Source: a virus (Duplodnaviria; Caudoviricetes). From it: 64,000 bases of DNA. A program made the translations under genes and the position numbers. The stretch covers positions 1 to 64,000 of the IMG/VR virus record IMGVR_UViG_3300033120_000761. One strand, written 5' to 3'. A model generated the notes under the pieces. It searched no databases, had not been told where the DNA came from, and saw only the letters and a program-made list of their open reading frames with translations. Below are positions 1-9,249 of the stretch, piece after piece. Each line of letters starts with the position of its first letter. The stretch's first letter is position 1.

Positions 1-1718
1 GTCCACATATTGAAGTTTGCATGAACTCTGTCTCGCTCATCTAAATATTTTAAGAATCCACCCACTGATGCAGTCTCACCTTTCTTTGAGTTTCCATCAA
101 CATAAGTTCCTTTGATCTTTGCGAGTTTCTTGGCATCCAGAATTAAATTAGGAACTTCTTGAAACTTTTTATATTTAGTAAACTTTTTTAATTCAACCGC
201 AGCTGTTGAGTAGCCAGATTTATTTTTTGCAATCTTTAACTTCTCAAGCGGATAATCATTATTTAAAAAGTAATCATTAATTTGTTTTGGAGAGTTAGGG
301 TTGAAGTTCTCAATCCCTGTCACTTCTTCTAGCTTAGATAAAATTTTAGTTTGTTTCTTCTGGATGATTCGAGAAGTTTTTTGAATCAATGCTCTATCGG
401 CTTTTACTCCGGTATATTCCATCTGACAAAGATCTAATAGGGCATCCATTTTTCTGCCGACCATGTGATCAGTTAAATCAATTTTCTCAATCTCTTTAAC
501 TTGCTTTTGGAATAATCGCATATCTCCATCAACGTCAATGCCGAGATAATTTGTAAGCATCAAAGGGGGTACGTGTTTATAAGATTTTTTCTTATCTCCA
601 TCTTTATTTACATAAGGCCAGAGTTTAGTATCGTAAGGGCCGTAATCGATTCCTCTTCTTTCCATGGCATGATTCAAACTATGTCTCATGTTCTCATCGA
701 TCAATGAATCAGCAACTAGCGTACACCATTTAAAATTTCTATATGGGATACCGTTCTTCTTTGCAAACTTCCAGTCGAACTTTCCGTTATGTAGGATGAA
801 GTTTAGATTATCAAAGTCATTTACTGTTTGAAGAGATTTATGAATTAGATCATGATTCTCTTTAACAAAATAATTGATTCGTTTTCCTAGTTCAATATTT
901 TCTCTATCCCATTTCTTGATATGTTCTTTTTTATAAGTCGAATAATAAATTACATCTGCCTCGCCGACCTTAGTGCAATAACCTGCATTGATGATCTCAT
1001 CTTTAAAGAACTCAAAGCCCGTTGTCTCTAAATCGGTAGTAGCATATTTTTCTTCTCTCATTTTTTCAACGAACTGATTCAAAGATCTTTTATCTAGAAT
1101 GAGATTTACTTTTGGTTCAGGGGTTTTGTTAATGAATCCATCTTTTAAGAATCGAGCACCCTTTGAGAAGTGCCTGATTATCTCGGAATCATTTTCCCAT
1201 TTCCTCATAGACCCCATTAAAGAATATGTCGGCATCAATTTACATTTGAATTTAATATCGGTGGTCTTTCCCATCCCGATCTCAGCTTCATACATAAATT
1301 CAAAATCATCGAAGTGGCCTGCAAAATCATCTACTGAAGTTTTATCTGTCAGAGATTGATGCGCGTATTTTCCCATTACAATAATAAGTTTGGGTTTTCT
1401 TTCAACGATCTCCGTTAATAGATAATCTCTACAGGCTTCAATGTTTTTATTTTTAATATCGGATAATTCTTTAGGCGCACATTTTAAAGCTGAAGTAAAA
1501 TAAACCGTTCTGTAATCAATCCCTGCCTGCTCTAAGAAATAATTAATCTTAGCCTTTGTATCTCCGGCAGGGGTTTGAGCACAGCGATCATCAAAGAACG
1601 TGGGAGCGTCCTGAATGATCATTACCTCAGTCTTGTTCTTTCCAGATCCTTTTCCAAAGATTAATGGATTTTTGCAAGAGTTAGATAGGTTACATTTATC
1701 ACATCTTTTTTCAGACAT
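1..1718 (-). CDS. polA: Family A DNA polymerase with N-terminal uracil-DNA-glycosylase-like domain and 3'-5' exonuclease (partial; runs off the left edge, absent from the ORF track)
   Basis: Manual translation from ATG at 1718: MSEKRCDKCNLSNSCKNPLIFGKG...VMIIQDAP...KCAP (family-4 UDG-like), then TTDLETTG (ExoI), LHNGKFD (ExoII), YLGIDVD (ExoIII), FNPNSPKQI and DRVHANFN (PolA). Open to base 1. Confidence 0.92.
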   Translation of the reverse strand, partial: MSEKRCDKCNLSNSCKNPLIFGKGSGKNKTEVMIIQDAPTFFDDRCAQTPAGDTKAKINYFLEQAGIDYRTVYFTSALKCAPKELSDIKNKNIEACRDYLLTEIVERKPKLIIVMGKYAHQSLTDKTSVDDFAGHFDDFEFMYEAEIGMGKTTDIKFKCKLMPTYSLMGSMRKWENDSEIIRHFSKGARFLKDGFINKTPEPKVNLILDKRSLNQFVEKMREEKYATTDLETTGFEFFKDEIINAGYCTKVGEADVIYYSTYKKEHIKKWDRENIELGKRINYFVKENHDLIHKSLQTVNDFDNLNFILHNGKFDWKFAKKNGIPYRNFKWCTLVADSLIDENMRHSLNHAMERRGIDYGPYDTKLWPYVNKDGDKKKSYKHVPPLMLTNYLGIDVDGDMRLFQKQVKEIEKIDLTDHMVGRKMDALLDLCQMEYTGVKADRALIQKTSRIIQKKQTKILSKLEEVTGIENFNPNSPKQINDYFLNNDYPLEKLKIAKNKSGYSTAAVELKKFTKYKKFQEVPNLILDAKKLAKIKGTYVDGNSKKGETASVGGFLKYLDERDRVHANFNMW

Positions 1719-1975
1719 TAGTTCAATCCTAATTCCATTCGATTGTTTGGTAATACTTCTTCACTAGATCTGACAATCGCTGATCCCGTAGAGAATGGGA
1801 TTAGATTTCCGAAAGTAAGAATCGTATCAGCATTAAGTTTTATTCTTAATGTTTGTCCTGGGCGACCTCTCTTTTTTGCCTGCTCTACTTGATTGATCAT
1901 AGTTCTCAATCTTTCTTCTGTCATAGGGATCTCGTAATTTAATTCAATGTCATTGTGGTTCATTTCCAGCTCCAA
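1718..1975 (-). CDS. Hypothetical protein, 85 aa
   Basis: ORF in the replication operon; its stop overlaps the polymerase start (TAATG). Confidence 0.6.
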   Translation of the reverse strand: MELEMNHNDIELNYEIPMTEERLRTMINQVEQAKKRGRPGQTLRIKLNADTILTFGNLIPFSTGSAIVRSSEEVLPNNRMELGLN

Positions 1976-1990
1976 TTCAAATTTATATAA

Positions 1991-2485
1991 CTAGTCCTCG
2001 CGTCTCTTTTTCTTTTTAGACTTAGGCATAGGGTTTGTTTCAAATGTTTCGAAATCATCATCTTCACCATCGAACGTCTTTGCAACCTTTCTTTTCTTTT
2101 TTGGTCTATCATCTGTTACTGTCTGAAACTCATCATCTTCAATGTTTGTAAGATCTGCTTCAAGTGGTGGAATGTTGAATAGTTTTTGGCCCTTTAGGAC
2201 TAAGAGATCATCAACAAATTCCTGAACTGTAGTCCTCAATTCTTTTTCGTCTGCGTCTAATCGAGTCCTGACTGTAGAGATTGCCTTATCGATAGTCTCA
2301 TCAATAGTTTTATTCGGATAAACCTTTAGAGTTTCTCTATCAGAGATAGTTACTTTTTGTTCTTTAAGATTAATCGAGACAATTTTCTGAGTGACAGATA
2401 GTCCGAACTTCCTTGATTCAAATGAACCGATATTAATTGTTCTATCTTCCCAGTACGATACGCTGTCCGGTTCAATTCCACTCAT
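1991..2485 (-). CDS. Hypothetical protein with acidic/basic C-terminal tail
   Basis: 164-aa ORF tightly packed in the minus-strand operon; no family recognised. Confidence 0.65.
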   Translation of the reverse strand: MSGIEPDSVSYWEDRTINIGSFESRKFGLSVTQKIVSINLKEQKVTISDRETLKVYPNKTIDETIDKAISTVRTRLDADEKELRTTVQEFVDDLLVLKGQKLFNIPPLEADLTNIEDDEFQTVTDDRPKKKRKVAKTFDGEDDDFETFETNPMPKSKKKKRRED

Positions 2486-2700
2486 ACTCTTCTCCTGTAT
2501 TTAATCTTCTTAACTTTATAATAATTGGGATCTGTTAATTCATTCATACCGTTTTCCATATTCGATGCAATAACTAATTTAGCAATTCTATTTCCAACTT
2601 GTTCAGGGGTAAGGGCATTGAAAGTATTTTCATTAATGAATTGAAAAACTTTTAATCCTAAAATCCCATTTCTCTTTTTATTAAAAATTAGTTTACTCAT
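2482..2700 (-). CDS. Hypothetical protein, 72 aa
   Basis: 4-nt overlaps with both neighbours, consistent with translational coupling. Confidence 0.6.
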   Translation of the reverse strand: MSKLIFNKKRNGILGLKVFQFINENTFNALTPEQVGNRIAKLVIASNMENGMNELTDPNYYKVKKIKYRRRV

Positions 2701-4577
2701 AGCCCCTTACCTTTTCCTTTCTTCTTTCCAGATCTCAGAGTTTTCATACATTCCATATAAAGACTTCCACGATCCCAAAATCTAGATCTTCTACCATCAA
2801 AGGCAAGATAGGTTCTACCACCTTCAACAAAACGGCCAGTGACTAAGAACTCTGCTCTAGGAGACATCGCCCCGTCTGAAACTCCACTCTCTGCTTCATC
2901 GGGAGTCATATCAGCATCATTCATCGGTCTGTGCATTAGGATAACTAAGTCAGCATCTTGGAAAATAGATGATGAACCTTTCATATCTTCGTTCTTAAGT
3001 TGTTTATTATTATTTGTTTTTCTCGGATGAGTAAGAAGACAAATAGTAATCCCAAGGTTTTCAGCTAAGAGCTTAAACATCTGAGTTGCTTTATCGATCA
3101 ATTCTTTTTCATTCTCACCACGACAAAGGAAGTGAAGGTTATCAAAGATAAAAAATTTGATTCCGTATCGTTGAACCATTTCGATAATAATCTTTTCAAC
3201 TTTATCTACTTCAAGTTCATCTCTCTGAGGATATCTAACATGAACTTTTTCATGAAATTTTCTCATCATGTAGTTGGCATATTTTCTATCGATGATAGTC
3301 ATATCCTCGAGCGTATTATAGTCTTGAGTCACCATCTGGATATATTTATGCGCGAGTGCTGGTGCTTTCATTTCACAAGAAAACATTCCAACGTGCTCAC
3401 CATAGTGATCAGAGATATGTCTTGCAAGATCTAGTGCCAGTGTTGTCTTACCGGCTTTAGGCTTACCACAAATTACAATTAAATTTCCTGGCTTAAACTT
3501 TCCAATGACCTTATTAAATTTAGGCCATGGAGTTTCAAAACCATTTACATCTGCTTCACCGTAATCAAGGTTATTCCAAAGATCTCTAACGGCAGACTTA
3601 ATCGTAACAACGCCCTCAACCTCAAAGGGTCTAGACTTTTTCGCAAGCTCTAAGAACTCACCTTTAGAATACTTCTGAATGAAATCATTTGGATCTTTTA
3701 CATCATCTGGAAGAATGATATTAAAACATCTCCCTAGACCTAATTGTGAGGCGATTTTACGAGCACCTTTTTGTCCCGCCTCATCTCTATCAAGAACTAG
3801 GTAAATGCGCTCATAACGAAGCAGACGATCTTTCCAGCCCTGTTTAAAAGCATCAGCACCTGTCGTTAATCCAACATTGTTCTTAATTCCTAATTCCCAT
3901 AAAGAAATTGTATCGATCTCTGATTCCGTGATGAACATTTCTTTATAGTCCATTTCGTTCAGAACATCTTCATTGAATAGGATGGAAACCCCACCTTTTT
4001 CTCTGCGCCACTTTTTCTTTTTAGGAATTTCAGGATCTAATGAGCGATATTTAATGTTCATACATTTGCCTTCCCTTAGATAAGGAATAGCTAAATGTTC
4101 TCCGGCATTATATTTTTCAATATCGCCATCTTCATTTCTGAATGTAAAAATAGATTTAGATCCAAGCTTAAAGTGTTCAACTGCTTCTTTAGTGATCTTT
4201 CTTTCATTCTTAAGATATTTATAGGCAGTGGTCTTTTTTGTATTTCTTAATTGCTTATGAAATTTTAAATGAAGATCATGCTTGATAGTGCATTTATCTT
4301 CACGCTTATCTTTTTCAGCAGATTCTACGGTTTTTACTTTATCTTTATTAATCCATGCCCAAGATAAATTTTGAGCTTTCTTTCCACTTGTTCCGCAATT
4401 GAAGCAACGCCAAGGCTGTTCACCTTTTTCATCCGGCTCAATTACAATTCCAAGACGCTCTCTTTGATCAGTACAAAGAAAACAGTTCATCTGATAATGA
4501 GTATCAGTTTTTGTAAACTTGATATCATGCTCTTTCATGAACTCTAAAATATTAAATGACTTATTACGTTTCATCAT
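2697..4577 (-). CDS. Bifunctional primase-helicase (Zn finger + TOPRIM + DnaB-like helicase)
   Basis: CFLC...CFNC zinc motif; TOPRIM ITESEID and LVLDRDEAG; Walker A GKPKAGKT; FIFDNLH; HPRK...DMKGSSSIFQDAD. Confidence 0.95.
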   Translation of the reverse strand: MMKRNKSFNILEFMKEHDIKFTKTDTHYQMNCFLCTDQRERLGIVIEPDEKGEQPWRCFNCGTSGKKAQNLSWAWINKDKVKTVESAEKDKREDKCTIKHDLHLKFHKQLRNTKKTTAYKYLKNERKITKEAVEHFKLGSKSIFTFRNEDGDIEKYNAGEHLAIPYLREGKCMNIKYRSLDPEIPKKKKWRREKGGVSILFNEDVLNEMDYKEMFITESEIDTISLWELGIKNNVGLTTGADAFKQGWKDRLLRYERIYLVLDRDEAGQKGARKIASQLGLGRCFNIILPDDVKDPNDFIQKYSKGEFLELAKKSRPFEVEGVVTIKSAVRDLWNNLDYGEADVNGFETPWPKFNKVIGKFKPGNLIVICGKPKAGKTTLALDLARHISDHYGEHVGMFSCEMKAPALAHKYIQMVTQDYNTLEDMTIIDRKYANYMMRKFHEKVHVRYPQRDELEVDKVEKIIIEMVQRYGIKFFIFDNLHFLCRGENEKELIDKATQMFKLLAENLGITICLLTHPRKTNNNKQLKNEDMKGSSSIFQDADLVILMHRPMNDADMTPDEAESGVSDGAMSPRAEFLVTGRFVEGGRTYLAFDGRRSRFWDRGSLYMECMKTLRSGKKKGKGKGL

Positions 4578-4583
4578 ATTCCT

Positions 4584-5318
4584 TTAAGATGATTTCAGTT
4601 TCTTTATATAAGCAAGAACCATTGACGTGGCCTTACCTTTTCTTTCAATCATTAGAAGCTTTACAAATTCTGCTTCTGCCATGGTCGCCTTACCGTCTTT
4701 TACTTTCTCGTATGCTTCAACAAAACGAGGATTTTCCATAAGGGCCGTTTCTTTATCTTTAGCCGTTATATAAATTGGCTTCTGATTATGTTCTTTTAGA
4801 GATTTGTCTTCTTTAGATTTTCTATAATTAAAAAATCTATCTTCAGCATTTGCCCCGTGGAGCATAGAGGGTTTAGGGAAAGCCCCATTACCATTATTTG
4901 CAAATTCTAATCCCTTAACCTGAGCTGCCAAAAATTCAGTCGAGGTAGTCTGTAGGCTCAATATCGTTTGATAGGCCTTAACGAAATCAGGAAACTCCTT
5001 AGAAGATTTTGTAATCTTTGAGGCATTAGCAATTCCGTAAAATTTCTTTTTCATCAAAGTATATTCATTCACAAGAACAAGGGCCTTGGCTATTACGGGA
5101 CTCTCAGCATTTTGTTTTAATGTGCTCTCTACTTGGAATTGATCAAAGAACATATCTTTTAAATCTTTAGATCCAGTGTCTACGATCAATTGCTTTAAAG
5201 CTTCTGTTCTGATCGTGAGCAGAGATTTCTTATTATAATAAACAGTCAGCTTATCCGGCTTTTCCTGAATATCTAATAATGCTAAAAATCTTTTTATCTT
5301 AACCGATGCCATTTCCAA
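4584..5318 (-). CDS. Hypothetical protein, 244 aa
   Basis: Long ORF in the replication operon; no family recognised. Confidence 0.7.
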   Translation of the reverse strand: MEMASVKIKRFLALLDIQEKPDKLTVYYNKKSLLTIRTEALKQLIVDTGSKDLKDMFFDQFQVESTLKQNAESPVIAKALVLVNEYTLMKKKFYGIANASKITKSSKEFPDFVKAYQTILSLQTTSTEFLAAQVKGLEFANNGNGAFPKPSMLHGANAEDRFFNYRKSKEDKSLKEHNQKPIYITAKDKETALMENPRFVEAYEKVKDGKATMAEAEFVKLLMIERKGKATSMVLAYIKKLKSS

Positions 5319-5387
5319 TTCCCTTTTAAGAGAGCAGGATTTTTACGTCCTGCCCTTATCATCGAATAACTAAGGAGAGGTTGCTTC

Positions 5388-6539
5388 TTAGTTATCATCA
5401 ATTTCAAAATCATCATCATCATCTAAAAGATCATCGGCATCATCCTCTAGATCTTCTAAATCAACATCAGACAAATCAAATTCTTCCTCTTCCTCTTCTT
5501 TCACAGGAGCTTTCTTTTTTGCCTTAGGCTCTTCTTTTACAGGAGCTTTTTTCTTAGATGGAGTTTTCACAACTTCTACTTCTTCCTCTTCCTCAATCTC
5601 GAAATCGTCTTCGTCAGGTTCAACTACTGGCGCTTTCTTTTTCTTAACTTCTTCTTTGACAGCTTTCTTTGGAGCTTCTTTCACCGGAGCTTTATTTTTC
5701 TTAGTAGGGTTAATTTCTTCCTCTTCCTCAATTTCAAAATCATCTTCGTCTTCAATCTCTTCTTTCACCGGAGCTTTCTTCTTAGCAGTTTCTTTTACAA
5801 GAACTTTCTTAGGTTCTTCTTTTACAGATTTCTTTGGTGGAGTTTTTACTTCTTCAACTTCTTCCGTTTCTTCCTCTTCACCTTCTGCCTCTGCAAGATC
5901 ATCTAATGCTTTATTACAAGCAACTCTTAAATCTTTTAATTTAAGTTTCTTATAACCTTTTGGCATACTAAGAGAATGTTCATCTGCAAGTTCATAGATC
6001 TCTGTTTCAGACATTGCATTAACTTCATCTGCTGAAGGAAGTAATGTCTCTTCAGTTTCTTCAAAGGCATCATCGATCTCTTCCTCAGTACCTTGGAAAG
6101 ATTCTAGTTTCTCAGCAACTTTATTCTTCTTAGGGGTAACGGCCGCTTCAACATCAACAGGGGATTCTTTTACTGTTTTCTTTTTCTTAGGCTCTTCAAC
6201 TAATTTAAGATCTGCCTTTTTTGTTTCTTTAGGTTTATCAGCAACTTTTGTTGGCTTTGATTCTTTCTTCTCAGAAGATGAAGTGCTCATTAGATGCTCA
6301 CCACAGAACGGGCAATCGCCATATTCAAGTAAAATAGGAGAAGCACATGATGGGCATGGAAGGTGAATATCACCGCCGTGCTTAGTGAATACTTCTCTGA
6401 CTTCGTGATATTTCTGAGCATGAGCTTGAATGATTTCTGCTACAGCCAGTAATTGAGCAAATGCACTTTCATCACCTTTCGATAACTCAGAGATCGCTTC
6501 TTCGTGTAATTCTACAAATTTCTTAACATTTTCCAACAT
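5388..6539 (-). CDS. Zn-ribbon protein with long Lys/Glu-rich low-complexity repeats
   Basis: CPSC...CPFC near the N-terminus; repeated KKAPVKE and DDFEIEEEEE blocks; SD-like GGAG upstream. Confidence 0.8.
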   Translation of the reverse strand: MLENVKKFVELHEEAISELSKGDESAFAQLLAVAEIIQAHAQKYHEVREVFTKHGGDIHLPCPSCASPILLEYGDCPFCGEHLMSTSSSEKKESKPTKVADKPKETKKADLKLVEEPKKKKTVKESPVDVEAAVTPKKNKVAEKLESFQGTEEEIDDAFEETEETLLPSADEVNAMSETEIYELADEHSLSMPKGYKKLKLKDLRVACNKALDDLAEAEGEEEETEEVEEVKTPPKKSVKEEPKKVLVKETAKKKAPVKEEIEDEDDFEIEEEEEINPTKKNKAPVKEAPKKAVKEEVKKKKAPVVEPDEDDFEIEEEEEVEVVKTPSKKKAPVKEEPKAKKKAPVKEEEEEEFDLSDVDLEDLEDDADDLLDDDDDFEIDDN

Positions 6540-6540
6540 T

Positions 6541-8094
6541 CTAGTTCTCCTTTTTTCTTATTATTAAGTTGGTATCGACACTTGTTTTAACCCATGTAAC
6601 TACTTCTTTCCCATAATGCTCACGAACTTTATTTGCGGCCTCTCTAGAGTTTTCGTTCTTATCAACGATAACGTCCCAAGTGGGAACAGGCTTCAAATGA
6701 CCGAAGAAAGCTTCTTGTTTCTCTGAATATGTTCTTTCGATTCTTCCTTTAGTTTGGTTGAATCGTTCAATATTATTTCCCTGCGGTGTTGTGATAATCC
6801 CGTGATCAAAAGTTCTTACTGATAATCCAACTTCTGCTTTTTGGGTTGCTACAACATAATCAATATTCTTAGTCTCTGCTAATTCAAGGATTCTCTTATA
6901 GGCAGTATCCTCATCATAGTCTTCAATAATTTCTTTAATACGAGAGGGAGCATTAACGATCTCAGGATCTTTCATGTTGAATTTACCTAAGAGCATATCG
7001 CCTCTAAATTTAGACAACATCTTATAGATAACTGCTGCCTGAACTTTTCTTTCAACAAAAATGATAACTAACTTACCTTCTCTAATTTTTCTAATCGCAC
7101 GTTTGCAGATCAAAATATTACGATCTTTATCTTGGCTGGCACGAGTAATGTAGGCAGAATAATTTTTCTCAAGATCATATTCGATATCGTAGTAATCACT
7201 TTTAACAAGTGAGATCCTAGATAGAATTTTTGATCCTGAATTCTGTTCTTTCGCTATAAACTTCACAGGTCCAAAGGTATCAAAGGTTAAAACCTCTTTT
7301 CCATCTTTACGAGTTAAGTTAGCAGAGGCCGTATAACGAAATCTGGCGCGAAATTTATTAGTAACTGTTTGAACATCTTCGATAGGAGACTTCTGCCCCT
7401 CATCGAAAAAAATTAATCCAACTTTCTCTTTATATACTTCAAGATGCTTTTCATTAGCGAGTGAGTGATAGAGACAAATATTTACCTTTCCTAATCTGGC
7501 CTTAGCTTTAAAAACTCCACCTACTCCACCGATATCAGCTTTCTTCATATTGAATAATTTAGGATCTAAACAAGCTTCTATCCATTGTTCCTGGAGGAAA
7601 GTCGTATGCACGATCACAAGGGCCGGTTGACGCTTTCTTCTGATCATTTCAAGGTATGTTACTGTCTTACCGAATGAGGCATAAGCAACAGCAGAAGCAT
7701 CATCAAATACTTCTACTGCGTCTAATAACTCTTCTTGATCCTCGCGCGGAACGATGTTTGAGTGCTCGAAGGACACCGATGGGAGGACCAGAGTTCTATC
7801 AATGAAATTAGGAATTAATTTAAACTTCTTAAAATGCTTAATCAGTTTTTCTTTACCACCACGAGAGATGCAGAGCTGATTATCCTCATCGATCTCATAA
7901 CTCATTAGATATTTTTTAGTCTTAAAGTTACTTCGGCCGTATTTTTCATTCTCAATATATTTAGGATTCTTATATCTGAATAAGTCTTTGGTCGTCTCAA
8001 GAATTGTTTTACCGTTTTCCAGTTTCAACAATCTTCTTACGCTAATGATCAATGTCGATTCGATTATTACATCGATTGATTGAATCTTTTCCAA
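6541..8094 (-). CDS. Superfamily 2 DNA helicase
   Basis: Walker A-like AYASFGKT, FFDEGQK, TAS motif III, QTKGRIER motif VI; TTG start with GAGAGG 8 nt upstream. Confidence 0.88.
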   Translation of the reverse strand: MEKIQSIDVIIESTLIISVRRLLKLENGKTILETTKDLFRYKNPKYIENEKYGRSNFKTKKYLMSYEIDEDNQLCISRGGKEKLIKHFKKFKLIPNFIDRTLVLPSVSFEHSNIVPREDQEELLDAVEVFDDASAVAYASFGKTVTYLEMIRRKRQPALVIVHTTFLQEQWIEACLDPKLFNMKKADIGGVGGVFKAKARLGKVNICLYHSLANEKHLEVYKEKVGLIFFDEGQKSPIEDVQTVTNKFRARFRYTASANLTRKDGKEVLTFDTFGPVKFIAKEQNSGSKILSRISLVKSDYYDIEYDLEKNYSAYITRASQDKDRNILICKRAIRKIREGKLVIIFVERKVQAAVIYKMLSKFRGDMLLGKFNMKDPEIVNAPSRIKEIIEDYDEDTAYKRILELAETKNIDYVVATQKAEVGLSVRTFDHGIITTPQGNNIERFNQTKGRIERTYSEKQEAFFGHLKPVPTWDVIVDKNENSREAANKVREHYGKEVVTWVKTSVDTNLIIRKKEN

Positions 8095-8139
8095 AGTGTA
8101 AACCTCTCTAAACTTTTGGATGAATGAATGTACTTTGGA

Positions 8140-8169
8140 AGATTAGATCTTTTTGGGTAGCTATTACAA
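8140..8169 (-). promoter_or_regulatory. Putative sigma70-type promoter for the replication operon
   Basis: TTGTAA-N18-TAATCT on the minus strand; the spacer contains AAAAAGAT, as do the promoters at 9769-9797 and near 35067-35096. Confidence 0.45.
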
Positions 8170-8279
8170 GGATGAAAAAATAAATATTACGAGTCTTCAT
8201 TGTTTCCGAATATTTAATTTGAAACTAGTTTCATGACTCGGAAGTAATAAGTTTGTGACTGAATTTTTTGATCAACTTA

Positions 8280-8351
8280 TGGTGGCCCGTGGATTTTCGA
8301 ATTACCACTTCTGCAATCGATGAGCAGCGTTACCATTTAAACTACCGAGCC
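8280..8351 (-). pseudogene. Degenerate tRNA (anticodon unresolved, possibly UCG)
   Basis: 72 nt with a GGCUCG/CGGGCC acceptor, ACCA end, UGGUA D-loop and UUCGA T-loop, but broken T stem and a non-canonical anticodon loop. Confidence 0.55.
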
Positions 8352-8358
8352 ATAAAAT

Positions 8359-8531
8359 TGGTGGGCTGGAGAAGGAGTCGAACCCTATAGTAAAAGCCAC
8401 TTCATCCGCTACATCTGACATCTATTCTAGCTTCGATGGCAGACTCTATATTTCTCGTCTTGGGAAAGCCTACTCACTGATGATCAATCAATTTTCAAAG
8501 TCCCACGTCTTTACCTATTAGACTACAGCCC
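8359..8531 (-). ncRNA. Expanded 173-nt tRNA-like RNA (Gln-like CUUUGAA loop, large insertions)
   Basis: GGGCUG/CAGCCC acceptor + ACCA, GUCU/AGAC D arm, GGUUCGACUCC T arm; about 95 extra nt between the anticodon loop and the T arm. Confidence 0.75.
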
Positions 8532-8762
8532 ATAATGAGAAATCAGATTAAACTGAGTTTAATTTTATGTCTAGAATTTTCTGAAATCGATCTGATGTAT
8601 GTTTAGACTAGACTTGAGGATCGCGACAATCACTTTAAAGACGGTAACTTGAAAATTATACATACATGGGCGCATTTTGCTAAGATCATGTCTAGACATG
8701 GAAATGTAATCTTCTACTTACATTTTATCAATGAGAGTGGGTTTTGTAAGCGATACCTTACA

Positions 8763-8837
8763 TGGTTAGCCTAGAAGGAATTGAACCTTCGACTTCTTCC
8801 TTATCAGGGAAGTACTCTACCACTGAGTTACAGGCTA
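8763..8837 (-). tRNA. tRNA-Ile(GAU)
   Basis: Full cloverleaf; CUUCC-CUGAUAA-GGAAG anticodon arm; encoded CCA. Confidence 0.95.
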
Positions 8838-8845
8838 ATATGAAA

Positions 8846-8922
8846 TGGTTGCGGAAGAAAGACTTGAACTTTCGACCTAACGCTTATGAGGCGTTCGCTC
8901 TGACCAACTGAGCTATTCCGCA
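8846..8922 (-). tRNA. tRNA with CAU anticodon (Met, or lysidine-modified Ile2)
   Basis: Full cloverleaf; AACGC-CUCAUAA-GCGUU; U1-A72 pair, so not initiator-type; encoded CCA. Confidence 0.92.
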
Positions 8923-8945
8923 AAATGATACGATACGTGTAAAAA

Positions 8946-9022
8946 TGGTTGGCAAGGAAGGACTCGAACCTTCACATACGGGAATCAAAATCCCGGGACT
9001 TAACCAATTTGTCGACCTGCCA
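8946..9022 (-). tRNA. tRNA-Gln(UUG)
   Basis: CGGGA-UUUUGAU-UCCCG anticodon arm; U1-A72; encoded CCA. Confidence 0.92.
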
Positions 9023-9072
9023 AAAACTATAAACGTAATTAAGAAACTCTATAATTAACCTTTTTATCAAAA

Positions 9073-9149
9073 TGGCGGGTAGTAAAGGACTTGAACCTTT
9101 GACCTGTCGCTTAACAAGCGAATGCTCTAACCAACTGAGCTAACCACCC
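9073..9149 (-). tRNA. tRNA-Asn(GUU)
   Basis: Cloverleaf with UUGUUAA loop; GCCA end. Confidence 0.94.
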
Positions 9150-9152
9150 TAA

Positions 9153-9230
9153 TGGCGCGATGTATCGGATTTGAACCGATGACCTCTTCCGTGACAGGGA
9201 AGCGTGAACTCCAGACTTCACCAACACCGC
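9153..9230 (-). tRNA. tRNA-Asp(GUC)
   Basis: CUUCC-CUGUCAC-GGAAG; GCCA end. Confidence 0.94.
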
Positions 9231-9249
9231 ATTAAATTTTAAAGAACAA

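Noticed and set aside
1099-1359. Plus-strand 86-aa ORF
   Set aside because: Antisense shadow of the polymerase gene.
2839-5955. Plus-strand ORFs at 2839, 3132, 4556 and 5656
   Set aside because: Antisense to the primase-helicase and K/E-rich genes; their S/F-rich composition is the expected reverse-strand shadow.
8359-8531. tmRNA or group I intron-containing tRNA
   Set aside because: It has a canonical D arm, G3-C70 rather than G3-U70, no tag ORF and is too short; the about 95-nt insert lacks recognisable group I core elements.
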